Part shown: in pieces, positions 37,090 to 50,660 of the stretch | Position numbering within the stretch: the first letter of the stretch is position 1 | Layout of the letters: each line of letters begins with the position of its first letter | Assembly: GCF_018977255.1 (NCBI RefSeq) | Contig: NW_024704742.1 | Location: 117,368,001-117,432,000, forward strand | Source: Callorhinchus milii | Taxonomy: Eukaryota | DNA: 64,000 nucleotides | Direction: 5' to 3' | Program-made: the position numbers and the translations under genes | The notes under the pieces: generated by a model | Databases searched by the model: none | Told to the model about the DNA's origin: nothing | Seen by the model: only the letters and a program-made list of their open reading frames with translations

Positions 37090-37250
37090 GATATTCGGAA
37101 TCAAAGACGGTATCGGCAACATCGCAAGGCTGAGCTTGTGAAAGTGCAGCAGACCGTGAACGCACTTAACTCAAAGTCTCAGTTTTATGAAGAACAGAAC
37201 AATTATTACAACACGTATATTAAAACCTGCCTCGACAACCTAACGAGAAA
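37090..37250 (+). CDS. IQGAP2: IQGAP2-like coding exon
   Basis: tttcag|GAT acceptor and AA|gtaagc donor; DIRNQRRYRQHRKAELVKVQQTVNALNSKSQFYEEQNNYYNTYIKTCLDNLTR(K). Confidence 0.93.
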
Positions 37251-37461
37251 GTAAGCAATTGTTATGGCTCCATTTTGTAAACCATTCAGTGTTGAGCAAC
37301 TAGTTCTGAATTGTCCTCAGACAGGCGCTCTAAGACACTACCCCACACTTTATAAATCTATGTTGTTGTTGTTGAGATTTGGGGGGTGTTGTTTTCAAAC
37401 ATTGTTGTATTAAATGTCGCAGCGGGTCAGATTCTGATGATATTGACGTATTTTCTTACAG

Positions 37462-37605
37462 GAATGTCAGAAGGTCAATTAAACTAGATGGGAAAGGAGA
37501 AGAAAAGGGCAGTAAAAAATCAAAACCAACCACTTTGCGTTACACCGCATCAAGACTGCATGAGAAAGGAGTTGTTATGGAAATTGATGGACTGCAGTCC
37601 AACCA
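37462..37605 (+). CDS. IQGAP2: IQGAP2-like coding exon
   Basis: ttacag|G acceptor and CA|gtaagt donor; NVRRSIKLDGKGEEKGSKKSKPTTLRYTASRLHEKGVVMEIDGLQSN(Q). RRSIKLDGKGE is IQGAP2-like as I recall the human protein. Confidence 0.93.
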
Positions 37606-38756
37606 GTAAGTAATAGCATATTTGGTATTCAAAAGGATAAACAACAACAAAATTATGTTAGAATTATTACTAAACGTTTCAGTGCTATTTTAGGTTGTAG
37701 TAAGAATTTATGTAGTCTATATAATTTCTATACATGAGTATATCATTGTATAATAAATTAACATTTAATTAATATATAAATTAATAATATTTACATAAAT
37801 TCCAGGATATTGGGATGCTCTCATCCAATTACCGATGAGAATTTCAAATTTCTTTCTTTCTAGCTAGTTGATTTGCAAATAAAACATCCATGCATGAATT
37901 ATTTTAAAACCTTATTTCTTCAAAAAGAACTTTGCCTGAATTCATGTTCTTAAGTATTTGAGAAGCAGAATCAAAATTAGCACACTAGTTCGACATTTTA
38001 GATTAGCCATGACATTGGACATGAACTATTTACTTTTGCATCTTCCAATGAATCCTGCTTTTCCATTTGAATCTCACTTGATTTGCAGTAAAGATCACTG
38101 TCTCCACTTTTCTTTTTTTCAGTATAAGTGACCATAGGAGACTAATTTGTGGTATTTCTTAGCTGGATACTTTTTTAAAAAATCCAATTGGAATTCCAGT
38201 TCACCCAGGTGAATTCCACTCCAGACATAGATCTTGTCAGAGTACTGATCTTGCCAGCGCCTTGGGACATCCTCCCGAAATGAAAGGCGCTATACAAATG
38301 TAATGTTGTTGTTTACGTGGCTCAGTAGGATATACTTCCAGTTACCAGCGAGAGCTCCTGTTTGCACAGAGCAAAACAACAATCTCAGGCTGACACTGCA
38401 GTAGTATTGTCAGAGGTGCTATCCTTCACTTCATGGCTGTTTGTTATTCGCCTCAAATCTGTTTCTGAAACATTGCAATGTGCAAATTGGCTGCCACATT
38501 TTCCTACAAATACAGTCACTTCATTTCATAGAAACTTTGTGAAGTACTTTGAGATATTATTGACAAGGATTCATTTTAGGATTTTTTTTGAAGACATAAG
38601 ATTTTAAAATAAATAACACAAACACGGTTGTTTTACCTGTGAATCAAGACGTGATAGCCCTAAAGGAAGTGTAACATTTTTTATTATGGAATCCCATTAA
38701 GATGCATCTTAAGATTATTTCAATTAAAACTGTTGACCTCATGTTTTTTTTGATAG

Positions 38757-38865
38757 GTTTAAGAATGTCCTCTTCGATATCACACCAGGTGAGGAAGTGG
38801 GTGACTTTGAAGTCAAGGCCAAGTTCATGGGAATAGAAATGGAAAAAATACAGCTTCATTTTCAG
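38757..38865 (+). CDS. IQGAP2: IQGAP2-like coding exon
   Basis: gatag|G acceptor and CAG|gtaaa donor; FKNVLFDITPGEEVGDFEVKAKFMGIEMEKIQLHFQ. Confidence 0.93.
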
Positions 38866-39509
38866 GTAAAACACAAAGGCAATTGTAAAAAAAAAGATTG
38901 AGGGCATTGCCTATTTACATAACTTGGAAGTGTATAAATACATGTGTTGAGCACATGCTAACATTTCTAAGCAGATTTGTCATAATGTTTTGTTCCAATT
39001 GGATTTTATATCAGATCACTAGTGTATTTGATCCCTTTTTCAGGGTAGTATTGGGTGTCTGGCTCTCTTTCTCCCTTACCCCCACCTCCACATCAAATGT
39101 CTTGCAGTAACAAACGTGAGCTGTTTCTTTATCACAGAAAGAAAATTGGGTTTATATTTCTGATCATTTGCTAGTACAGTTTATGGTGAGGGAGAAAAAG
39201 GTTTGGATTGCTGCTAAAATAAAATAAAAGAGAAGGAATACAGAGAGGCGAATATTCTAGATGCACATTATGGAGTTTTAGTGACTGCAGTGTTCATGTC
39301 TTGGTGCACTGTGAGGGCAAGATGTTCAGTGGGGAAGGGCGAGATGAAAACTTTGAGCAGTCACCATTTAACTCGCAGTCCTTCTACCCTTTGAGATTTA
39401 GTGGACACAATATTGAGATTTGGATATAATAGCAGTTACACAACAACAAACAACAAATTGTATTTACATAACTTCTTTCTCGATTGTGAGGATGTCGCAA
39501 GGCACAGTT

Positions 39510-39965
39510 ACGTAAGGGCCTGGATGAGTGCAAACTTCTTGCAGCTGAATGTGGACAGGACAGAAGCCATAAACCTTGGCTCCCGTCAATGTCTTCACTC
39601 CTGTGGATCTAAACTCCTAGTGCACTATCCAAACGTCCGGTTCGACCCCCAGCTGTCCTTCCTCCCCCACATTCGGTCCCTGACCGGGACTGCCTTCTTC
39701 CATCTTCGCCACATTGCCCTCCTCCGACTTTACCTTACCCCAAATGTAGCTGAAACCCTCATGCATGCGTTTGTCACCTCGCTCCTGGATTACTCAAACA
39801 CACTCCTCACTGGTCTCCCAAGCTCCATTTTTCAAAAGATCCGGCTCCTTTAGACTTCTACCACCCACATACTGACCCGGACCAAACTCCGTACCCACAT
39901 CTCACCAGTTCTGGCCAGACTCCACTGACTCCCTATCACTGAACGGATCAATTTCAAGATCCTGA
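39510..39965 (+). mobile_element. L2 LINE fragment
   Basis: WMSANFLQLNVDRTEAI...HAFVTSLLDYSNTLL. Confidence 0.82.
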
Positions 39966-40228
39966 ATCTCAGCAGTGTCCCACAAATAGTCATGGATTCA
40001 GTGACCAATAAAAATTATGGTCTCTGACCTTAAACAAAAAAACTTGCTAAAGTAGATATGCAGAAAAGCTCTTAAGGTCAGGACTGCTTCACGGGGAGGG
40101 TTGTGAAGATGTGGAATATTCTGTCTAGAAAAGTGTAGAGGGACATTAGGAATGTTTAAATGAGAGAGAGACAGATACTTGAGTGTTTTTCTACATTCCT
40201 ATGTTCCTATGTTCCTCATATGTTAAGT

Positions 40229-40556
40229 AATAATAATAATAATAATAATAATCCTTGCATTTGATATAGCGCTTTTCACGTCGGGAGGACGTCCCAAAGC
40301 GCTTCACAGAACACACTGTAAAGTGAATTGACTGTATATTTGTGGGCGAACGCGGCAGCCAATTGCGCACAGCAATGTCCCACAAACAGTCGTAGATTGA
40401 AAATGACCAATTTAATTATTGTTTTTGGTTTTTTGGAGGGATTATTATTAGGCGTGTGGAGTAAGGAAACTTGCCCAAGGTTTCGCCCTGCCTGGAATTG
40501 AACTCAGGTCTCTCGCTTGCAAAGCGAGTGCTCTAACCACTGAGCTACAGGACTCC
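40229..40556 (-). mobile_element. Young tRNA-derived SINE, full length
   Basis: Same family; AAGT on both flanks (40225-40228, 40557-40560). Confidence 0.92.
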
Positions 40557-40987
40557 AAGTGGTATTTTAAACCCCATCTTTAGTCCTGTGGTTGTAACAG
40601 GATATTGGTAGCTCAGCATTCAATTTCAGGTGGCTGGGACTTTATATTAAATTCAATCCTCCTACCGTATTCAGTTCTCTGCCATTCTAAATTACCCTTG
40701 CTAATGTATTCTGAGCCTATGGGTTGATAGACTGGGATCTAATGCACAGCAATTTCTAACTGGATTCCTTAATAAGAATTCCGAGTTGGAACCACTTCCT
40801 GTAATCAGTAAGTATATCAGGCCAAGGCTCTGAAAGTAGATTGTGGGCATTGTGGCATTCCTATGGCTTGAGGGATGTGCTTCTGGTTTTCTCATTGAGA
40901 AATCCCATTAGAATTTAATCTCTTTCAGAGGCTTTTGTGGAATTATCCTTCTAGAAGTGGTAATAAATAACTTCCTTGCTTTCCCAG

Positions 40988-41101
40988 GACCTACTACAGC
41001 TGCAATACGATGGTGTGGCTGTTATGAAGATTTTTGACAAGGCTAAAATCAACGTCAATCTGCTGGTCTTCCTCCTGAACAAGAAATTCTATGGAAAATG
41101 A
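40988..41101 (+). CDS. IQGAP2: IQGAP2-like terminal coding exon
   Basis: cccag|GAC acceptor; DLLQLQYDGVAVMKIFDKAKINVNLLVFLLNKKFYGK then TGA at 41099-41101, the canonical IQGAP C-terminus. Confidence 0.95.
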   Translation, partial: DLLQLQYDGVAVMKIFDKAKINVNLLVFLLNKKFYGK

Positions 41102-43415
41102 CCCAACCGCACTATAGCAACCCTGTCAGTCAAATTCTTACTAAAATCTTTCTGGATCATTAATTTAAAGAATGTCTTATTCGCAATCTATACTGGGATC
41201 GGGAAAGATATTTTGATTTTCTCCAAGAAAAAAATGTATATGACAGTATTGGACCAAAACTGACTTTTGCCATTGTTCTTTCAGCTTAAGTCTTAAACTA
41301 GTTTGTACCTTCTCAGTGTTTCCAAAGACTTCATAGGCATAGATTTCTAACTTTAAATGTTTAAAAACGCAGAAAAATGTGCTTTGGGAAAGTTGGCTCT
41401 CTTACTGCAGACAGTTTCTTTGCTTTATATAACTGCAGTTAATTGGATCCTCAAAAATGATGGATCCAGTACCTCCCAGTTTACTTTGCTCTCAGCTCTA
41501 TACTGTATTTGCTGGATATCTCCGCCACTTTAGAGGATTCTCATGATTCCCTAAAAATCACAATGCAAATGGATTTAACCTGTGGTCCATCCCTCTTGGA
41601 TTAATGTCCAGTTAAAGTGATGCACCAGTTACAGTACTATAAAAATTAAAATTAAAATTTTAAATTTTAAAAATGCTAAGGTCATTGGGTTGTGTACCAG
41701 TAAGACGGATGTGTGGACTAGATTAGCCATGATGACACTGGACATGATTTATTTACTCTTGCATCTTCCTTTGAATCTTGCTCTGCCATTTGAATGTAAA
41801 TTAAATACAAATTGAGGTCCAGTTACTGAATTGGTAACAATGTATCAAGATGGCCAGGGCATATTCAAACCTGTTTCTGTATGTTTAAATTGTCTTTTGT
41901 GGTTCAATGCTGGAAAAGCAACAGGAGCTTCAGAATTGAAAGTACAAAGTTTTACTTAAATGTTTGTACAGTCAACAGCAGAGCAGCACACAAAACTCAC
42001 TTATTTCCAATGAGTGTTGCCTGTGAAGTGCGCACAGATTGCCTTTTACCTCCATCCACTACTTATCCTGCAATCAGTCGTCACTGTTCCTCAGTGCCTG
42101 TCACTTGTACTGCAGTCTAATGCTGAAGTCTGATTGTTCAAGTTTGAATTTCTTTCTCCTTGTATTTGAGCAGAATCCCAAATGCTGGTCTAGATCCAAG
42201 TATAAAGACACAATAGGTATGGGTTTGGTTGGAATATGAAGCCTCCTAATTCCAAGTTGAAATTTTACTGACAGTCAATACAGGAGTCTATTTTAATCAA
42301 GAATATCTAACACATTTCTGAACGCCAGTTACGCTAACAATTTTAACTTCAAAATTAAGCATTTTTAATGGAGAATTCAATTCTACGGTAAAACATTTCA
42401 GACAGTGACTTGGGTGCAATGCTATGTGCATACAGGGTAAGAAAGCTTGCAGTACATTTTGACTTTACACCTAGTTCCTGCGATTGAAATGTCCAGCACT
42501 CTATTCTAATATATCTTTTACAACCATATATTTCATTATGGCTTCTAAAAAGAATATTCTAACTAGGGGTTACTTGATTCCTCCACTTGCTATGCCTTTG
42601 CTAATCTTCCGTTTTCTTCCTCTTGTCCATTGATAAAAAGCTGTACAGTAAATAGGTGGATCAAGTTATGAATCATATTTGAATGCTTCTGAGATGAAGA
42701 TTGTTTTCCTCTCAAGCATCAGGAGACTGGATTGCAAACTGTGGCAACTGATGGAATTTGTGAAATAGTTGCAAATTTTGCCCATGGAATCCAAATCTAC
42801 AGTCGCTATCATCTTTTATTCATTAAATACAAAATAGAATACATTCCAGTTGTGATTTTTTTAAAAATCTATAAAATGTTGATTTTTGATCATAAATTTG
42901 TGGAAAAACAGAACTTTAATTTCCGGGTTATGGGAGCACTGCAGCTTTATCCTGATCTCTAACCCCAAGTTTTCCGTGCTGCTTGTTTAGTTGAAAAATA
43001 AAACGTAATCATTTATTTTAATAGTTTGCTTTACTGTACGATTTCACTTCTGAAACCATTCCTTTTTAAAATATTTGATGTAAAGATAAAATATATGATT
43101 GAATAACATTAAAAGATATTAAAATATGCACTACTGCCTAATGGCCAAAAGAATACTTGCAGCCAATGTGTGTTCTACCTGTAGGATGGTAATGCTATGA
43201 TTTGGCTCTAGTGATTTGATTTATGTATGTATCTGGTCAGTGAAAACCAATATTTTGTGCCTTTTGTATGTAAGCTGCTCTGTCCTGTAGTGTATGCTAT
43301 TTATAGCTGTTCCCTTTTTAATACCAAAAATGGAACCACCTTTGACAACATTGGTTTGTTTTGGTCTGCCTTGTCAAATTGTTCTATGGAAAATAAATCT
43401 TTCTAAAAACTCGAT
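41102..43415 (+). other. IQGAP2: Probable IQGAP2 3'UTR
   Basis: AT-rich stretch after the stop with no young retroelements; ends near AATAAA at 43392 followed by a GT-rich tract (about 43454-43490). The end point is inferred. Confidence 0.55.
43392..43397 (+). terminator. Probable polyadenylation signal (AATAAA); alternative at 42997-43002
   Basis: AATAAA with a downstream GU/U-rich element (gcgtgtgactttcttgtgtcctgctgtgttgg). Confidence 0.55.
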
Positions 43416-44015
43416 TCACTTCTGTTGCCCTGGTCATCACGCTGGGATACTAAGCGTGTGACTTTCTTGTGTCCTGCTGTGTTGGTGAGTTATGGGCTTT
43501 GTTTTTTTAACAGGGAACGATCTAAACTTTCACAACTTCATGTTTCACAGGAATTTATCTTTCAACCATTAACTGGCGTCAAGCTAACATGTCCCTGATA
43601 CAGGTGCTTCGAACCATGCAGATTAACACTGCAGTTGAGGATTTACAGGCTAGTCATTCTTATTCTAGTTTCTGTACACAGAATTGTCAGGGCTAAATTT
43701 TATTGCCATTCCTCCTTAATTTCCATCATACAATACCATGAGATCCAGCAGCCGGGTGCCTAGGCTGGGCAAAGACAAGTTCCAAACCTCTGGAATCAGC
43801 CAAAGTCCCAATGATATAAAACAAGGAGGATCCGTGAGCTGTATGTCTGACCTTTCACAAGGTCACCCAGTATCAGCCTGGTTTAGTCATTCTAACTCAT
43901 GCACAATCAGCAGGAAAGCTTGCCAGACAGTGCTATCAATGGTAAACTATGTGGTTTTAGCTGTTAATCTCCAGCAGGACCCCAACACATTCTCCGGGAA
44001 CCTCAAGCCTTGTCT

Positions 44016-44230
44016 TATAATAATAATAATAATCCTTGCATTTGATATAGCGCTTTTCACGTTGGGAGGACGTCTCAAAGCGCTTCACAGAATATATGTA
44101 AAGTGAATTGACTGCATATTTGTGGGCGAACGCGGCAGCCAATTGTGCACAGCAATGTCCCACAGACAGTCGTGGATTGAAAATAACCAATTTATTATTG
44201 TTTTGTTTTTTTGGAGGGATTATTATTAGA
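44016..44230 (-). mobile_element. SINE, head-less copy
   Basis: Body and tail of the same family. Confidence 0.85.
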
Positions 44231-45158
44231 ACTAGAACTTATTATTACTTATTATAACTTATTATTGTTATTATAACTTATTATTCATAGAACTTATGAA
44301 GATTTACAACAACAACTTTCATTTTATGGTGTTCTTCATGCAGAATAATAACTAGTAGGTTACAGGAGGTGCTGAGGGCACCTTACCCCCTTTCTCCATA
44401 TGTAAACAGCAAGATTGTTTTTGTCTACAGAAAGTACAGCAAGATAGCAGCAATAAAACCTCCCACACTGTTGTATGAAGGTCTGTGTCCTCAATAGTGC
44501 AGAGGTATTTTATCTCCTTTTGGCCTGTAAATGACTTCACTCTTTTGTTCCCAGTCATTCCTGTCCTTCGTAAATGATCTGTTCTTCACACTTTTAAGAA
44601 AATTATTCTGATGCTCTCAGCCCTGGAGATCAATATATTCATTCAGCCCACTTATAAATGAATCAGCTGGTTTTCAAACTGAGGACATCACATGATATCG
44701 CCAGTTCACGTAAAAATACATATAGTCACTACACTTTACAGTAAACCCTGTGAAGCATTCTGAGAAATTTTGATGATGTGATAAAATAATAATCCTTGCA
44801 TTTGATATAGTACTTTTCACGTTGGAGGGATACCGATAAAGCACTTTGTGAGATTTACTGTAAAGTGTAGTGACGGTATTTTGGAGGCAAATGTAATAAG
44901 TTTGTAGAATCATAGAACTTGACTGCACTGAAGAAGGCCAATCTGCCCACTGAGTCTGCACTGACTGTTCATTCAATCTGACTGCCCCACCCTAGCCCCA
45001 CACACCTCCAACGCTCTATCCTTCATATACCTCTCGACTTCCCTCTTGAAACCAATAATGGACTCTGCCTCTAGCAGCTTAATTGGTAGGACATCCCATG
45101 TCCCAACAACTGTGCGAAAAGATTTCCCTTTACACAGCACACACACCCTTCCCTCCCC

Positions 45159-45433
45159 ATAATAATAATAATAATAATCCTTGCATTTGATATAGCGCTT
45201 TTCACGTCGGGAGGACGTCTCAAAGCGCTTCACAGAACACACTGTAAAGTGAATTGACTGTATATTTGTGGGCGAACGCGGCAGCCAATTGCGCACAGCA
45301 ATGTCCCACAAACAGTCGTAGATTGAAAATGACCAATTTATTATTGTTTTTTGTTTTGGAGGGATTATTATTAGGCTCTGTGTGGAGTAAGGAAACTTGC
45401 CCGAGGTTTCGCCCTCTGCCTGGAATTGAACTC
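45159..45433 (-). mobile_element. SINE, 5'-truncated within the tRNA head
   Basis: Same family; lies next to a minus-strand CR1-like 3' end at about 44915-45158. Confidence 0.88.
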
Positions 45434-48400
45434 ATCATTGACTGAGCTCCTATTAGCCTAGTTAAATGTCTAGCCCCAACAACTCCGCGGAATATCTTGG
45501 GGATGGGGAAGGAACTGGAAGGGGTGGAACGAGACACGCCTCGAGAAATTGGGAGTCATTAGGAATGTTATTTGGATTGGAGGCGGATGGCCTTGCCAGA
45601 AAAAATACAGAGACTCTATTTTGGTGTGGAGGTGGTGGCAGGAAGGAGGGGCCTATGGATTGCTGGATATGCATGTGGGTTAATCGGCACCTGAGAAACA
45701 ACAACAACAACAACAAGATTCCATTTATAGAGCGCCTTTCACGTCGGGAGGGCGTCCCAAGGCGCTGAAACAGGGAAACAGGTCAAAATTTCAGGAGTGA
45801 GAACCCCTTGCTCATTCCATTAGAAGTGAACTGGCTGGGCTAGGAGGCCTGCCCCCTCCCACTCTTACCTCCTCACTTCTATTGGCACCCGATTAGTCAT
45901 CAATTCCCAAAGGAGAAACAATGTATGTTCAAATTCTGGGACCACTTCTTGATCCTACAAAGAGGATCTGGCAGTTCTGCCACACAGATGTCCGATGAGG
46001 AGACAGCCCCCTAACGCCAACCCGTGTAAACTCCTCACTCCCTCAGCTTTGCAACCAGGATTTTACAATTCACACTTGCAAGGATTATTAGTATAAATTG
46101 GGACTTTTCGTGCACACAGTCACCAAGTGAAACAAATATTCTGTGCAAATACACTGTGACCTGCCTCATTCTTCAACCTCCTGTGCTCAGCAACTATTTG
46201 GTTCTACTCCAGTTAACTTCCTGTTTACATAATTTGCTTCTTTCCCCCATGATTAATGTTGGAAGACATGTGTTTCTCAGTTCTTAAATTGCTTCCTTTG
46301 CGTTATTGCGATGATCTTGATGGCAGTTATATCACAAGAGATATATTAAGATTTTTGATTGAAAACCGTGCCAAATCCATTTTACTAGATGTAATTGGTA
46401 ACACTCGGGACTGAATCAGAGGTTATAGGTTTAACCCTATATTGGGATTGTGAGCTCATAGTTTCGCCTGAAACGCCAATGCAATGCCTTCAGATGAGAC
46501 ATTAAACTGAGGTCCCATTGGCCTGTTCAGATTAATGGTAAAGATTCCATGGCATTATTGGAAAAGATAAGGGAATTTCTCAGTATCTGGTCAACAATTT
46601 TCCAGTTGCTAAAGACACTGAGTGAAATGAGGCACACAAGACCTCTTTATCCATTAGCTGTCAGTCAGAGGGCAGTAGAGGTGCTACAATTGACTTCCCA
46701 AGTTATTGGATATGGAGCATTCAGGGACAGTTCCCACACCTGATTGTTACCCAGTGAGTCCTGATATAAGTGGATATTAGGTGAAGGCAGGATTCAGTTT
46801 GGCTGTAGTACTTCCTCCCTTGGCTGAACAGCCTCACAAAATCCATTACTGTTTGTGCGTCACTGCCGTGCGCAATTGGCTGCTGTGTTTCGCCCACAAA
46901 ATATACAGTCAATTCACTTTACAGTAAATTTTGTGAAGCGCTTTGAGACATGATAAAGCGCTATATCAAATGTAAGGATTATTATTATGGCACTCCCAAT
47001 GCAGTTGAAACCATTAATCATGCATTTGTTACCTTCAGAGTAGACTCCTCGCTGGCCTCCCAACTCTACCTTGCACAAACAACAACAACAAGATTGCATT
47101 TATAGAGCCCCTTTCAGGTCGGGAGGACGTCCCAAGGCGCTGGACAGTTGGGTCGGGACCCAAGCAGGGGGGAAATGGTCAGGGTGAGGGGAGGAAAGGG
47201 AGGGAGCGAGGAGGGGCTAGAGAGTCGAGAGAGGAGGTGAAGGTACGATTGAAACTTCAAGATCCTCAGTTTCACCTACAAATCCTACACTCCCTCAACC
47301 CTCTTACCTCATCGACCTTCTCCAGCCCCATTCTTCTTCACATTCCTTCCACTCACCTACTGCATGTTCCTCACCATGTCAATTCCGAGCCTTCAGCCAC
47401 TGATAATAGAACTCCTCTCAAAATCCTTCCATGTCATTCCCTCTCTATCTGCCTTTAAAAGCCTGAAATCCTACATCTTCAGCTGTGCCTACAGACACCT
47501 CTGTCCTCCCTGACACAGTCTCCAGGAATGATTTAAGATATTATTTGTGATGGATTAGCAATGGAATGCAATGATTTGCATGAAACACAATGACGTGCAG
47601 AATGTTGATGATACCGACGTGAAAGGCGCAATACAAATGTAATTTTGTTGTTGTAAACATATTGAGAACACAATGAATAGTGGACAAATTAGATGTTGTT
47701 TGAGAAAATAAAAGTACAGGATTGTATGGGAAGGCACCACTACCTCTTGGAGCTTCTGAAGAGAAGGCAGGTCAGTGTGTTCACCTGGCTCGGTCACTCA
47801 CTGTAAGCGCTATTTCTTTTGTGTATCACTTTGTGTAAGAATTGAGTATATGTCGTAGAGCTGCTTGAGAGACTTGATCAAATAAACTGTTTATAATAAT
47901 ACTCCTTGCATTTGATATAGCGCCTTATCGTGTCATTGAGATGTCTCAAAGCGCTTCACAGAATATACTGTGAAGTGAATTGACTGTATATTTTGCGGAC
48001 AAAATGTAAGCCAGACCTCTGTGGAGGTCTGGGAAGTCTGGTTCCTGAGCCAGACAGGTCCGCAGTATTCCAGGGCACTGCTGATGACAGCAAGGCCAGC
48101 CTGGCTCATCGACAGAACTTGGAAGGACAGACTAGTCACTGTGGCAGGGAATCATCCTACTCAGTTCCTGTTAACCCTGCAAGCCAAAGCCCTAACGGGT
48201 AAGTCGATCCTAGCTGGACAAACAGCAGGAAAGCTTGTCAGACAGTGATATCAATGGCAAGCTATGCAGTTTTAGCTGGTTGGACACCCTAAGCCGAAAC
48301 CCTTGCCAACTTGCGGTCTAATACTTTCCAGAAATAGGCAAACAGAATGTATCCTTCCAGGGAGAGAGTACACATTCCATTCCAATAATCTATCTTTGGA

Positions 48401-50100
48401 ATTTCTATGTGTAGGTTGAATTCATGGAATTCTCAGTTTAAGCTTAAGCATGGTAATGGGTTTCCACATGTGTCAGGCAACCGACCGACAAAACAAAACA
48501 AAAAGTGTAGGAAGAGCCTAACTATGACTTCCACGCAATGTCATCAAATGTATGTGGCCTCCTGATAAGAGATGACTAGTGCAATCCACTCCCATATTTA
48601 GTGGAGTTCCAGATAAATATATTGGAGAGAATTCAGAAGATACCATATGGGCCCAACTGGACATAAATGATGTGCAATTATCACCATTCATTGCAAACTT
48701 GTGGTAGCACACTGAAACCACACACCCATCTATTTATACAACATTTAAGTAACAAGTTCAGTTTTTAAACATTTGTCTCAAGAAAAAAACGTGAAGATAT
48801 TGAACTTTTTTTTTTGATGCACGTCAGTGACCAATTTATATGGGGGATTATTGGCCAGAACACCGGGCAAAACTCCCTTCTATTTTTGATCAGTACCATG
48901 GGATCTTTCACATCCATCTGAACAGTGCATGCCACTTGTGTAGTGTCTGCAGTCAGGGGTAGGGGGACAGATTGTTTTGCTATGATTGAATATTAAATAT
49001 TAATGTAAGCTTGTTAAAATATGTCTAAATTAAAATTAAGAGGATTGTATGCAGAGTTCACTTCACTGAGGAATGTTGTCATTTTTTCTTAAAATGTTGA
49101 GCCCATGATTTCAATGTTCTTGATCCTCAAGAAGCCAGTAGATTAAGAGGACATAGCTTTAGAGTTGCAAAGAGCAATTTCAGGAGAGATACCAGAAAGT
49201 ATTTATTTTACATGGAGGTTAATTAACAACTGGAATAGGTTGTCAAGTAGGACGTTTGAGGCCAGGAAATGGTTCCTTTTTTTAAAAAATCTCTCACCTC
49301 GAAGTCAGAATGCATTGCGTTCAAGCCCTACGTTGGGACTTTGAGCTTACAGTCTCACCTGACATTCCAATGTAGTGCATTGTTGTAGGTGCAGTCTTCT
49401 CCTATAAAGTACAAAGTCACTGCACTTAACAGTAAATCCTGTGAAACATTTTCAGGTGTCTGATTGGCGTAAAAGCACTCACTATACCAAATGTAAAGAT
49501 CTGTCAAAATCCTTTTTGTTGCAAAACTCTGGAGGAGTGAGTAAAGTTGTGTGAAACTGGTCATGTGGTACTGTTCATAAAACAAAACATCCCATAAAAC
49601 TGAATCACTCATTCCTCGGGAGACCACAGATGTGTTTATAAGGTGATTTCTCTTCATAGATTTGTTAACGATTAACCATTATTACTGTTAACATTACAAA
49701 AGTGCTACAAGTTGAAATAGTTATGTAATGTCCTGAGCACTTGGTGGTCACTCAACTTAACACTCAACTTATTTGTGTACAGTTATTTGAAATGTGTTTT
49801 CACAGCCTTACATTCTGACCATTGCATTTTCTTAAATATCTGGGCAAATCTATACAAGTTGATGATGAAACATGATTGATGATTTCTAAAGCAGACTAAG
49901 CTCTATGTAGAAGCTAGCTGCATTTACCTCCAATGATGCAAACTCTAGATGTGTAAAGCATATAGTCTCAGTGCCTCTGTAGGCAGCAGGACTTTAACCT
50001 TACAGCACAGCTTCCATTGGTAACCCTATAATGTAAATGCAATGAAATGTGCTGGGAAACTGCAATGCTCAAATCAAATGTAGCAGTGTTTAAAAGTATA

Positions 50101-50660
50101 CAACATCAACAAAATGACACTTGTATAGCCCCTTTCACGTTGGGAGGACGTCCCAAGGCGCTGGACAATCAGTGTTTCAGACCCGAGCTGGGAGTCAGGA
50201 TCAGGTAGGGCCAGGGTAGTGGGGGAGGTGGGTGACCAAAGGCATGTTCAAAGAGGAGGGTCTTGAGACGGGTCTTGAAGGAGGCAAGGGAGGGGCAAAG
50301 GTGGGGGATGTGAAGCAGGACGGAGCCCGCTGAACGGAGGGAGCAGGCAGGTTGGTAGGGGGTTAGAAAGTCGCAGAGATAGGTGGGAGCAAGGCCATGG
50401 AGGGCTTTGAAAGTAAGGACCAGGATGTTGAACTGTATCCTCTGTGTGATGGAAAGCCAATGGAGTCAGGCGAGGATGGGTGTGATAGAGTCACGGAGCC
50501 TGGTGTGGGAGAGGGCACGGACTGCAGAGTTCTGGATGATCTGCAGCCTGTGGAGGGAGGAGTTGGGGATGCCAACAAGCAGGGAGTTTGCGTAGTCAAG
50601 GCTGGATGTTATGAATGTGTGTCTGAGGGGCTCAGCAGCCTGTGGTGTGAGACAGTTAAG
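50101..50660 (-). mobile_element. L2 LINE 3' fragment (others at about 51120-51500 and 54130-54580)
   Basis: TFITSSLDYANSLLVGIPNSSLHRLQIIQNSAVRAL and L2 tail. Confidence 0.82.

Noticed and set aside
358..41101. Nested antisense F2RL2 (PAR3) gene expected inside IQGAP2
   Set aside because: No GPCR-like minus-strand ORF in these introns; if present it lies upstream of the window
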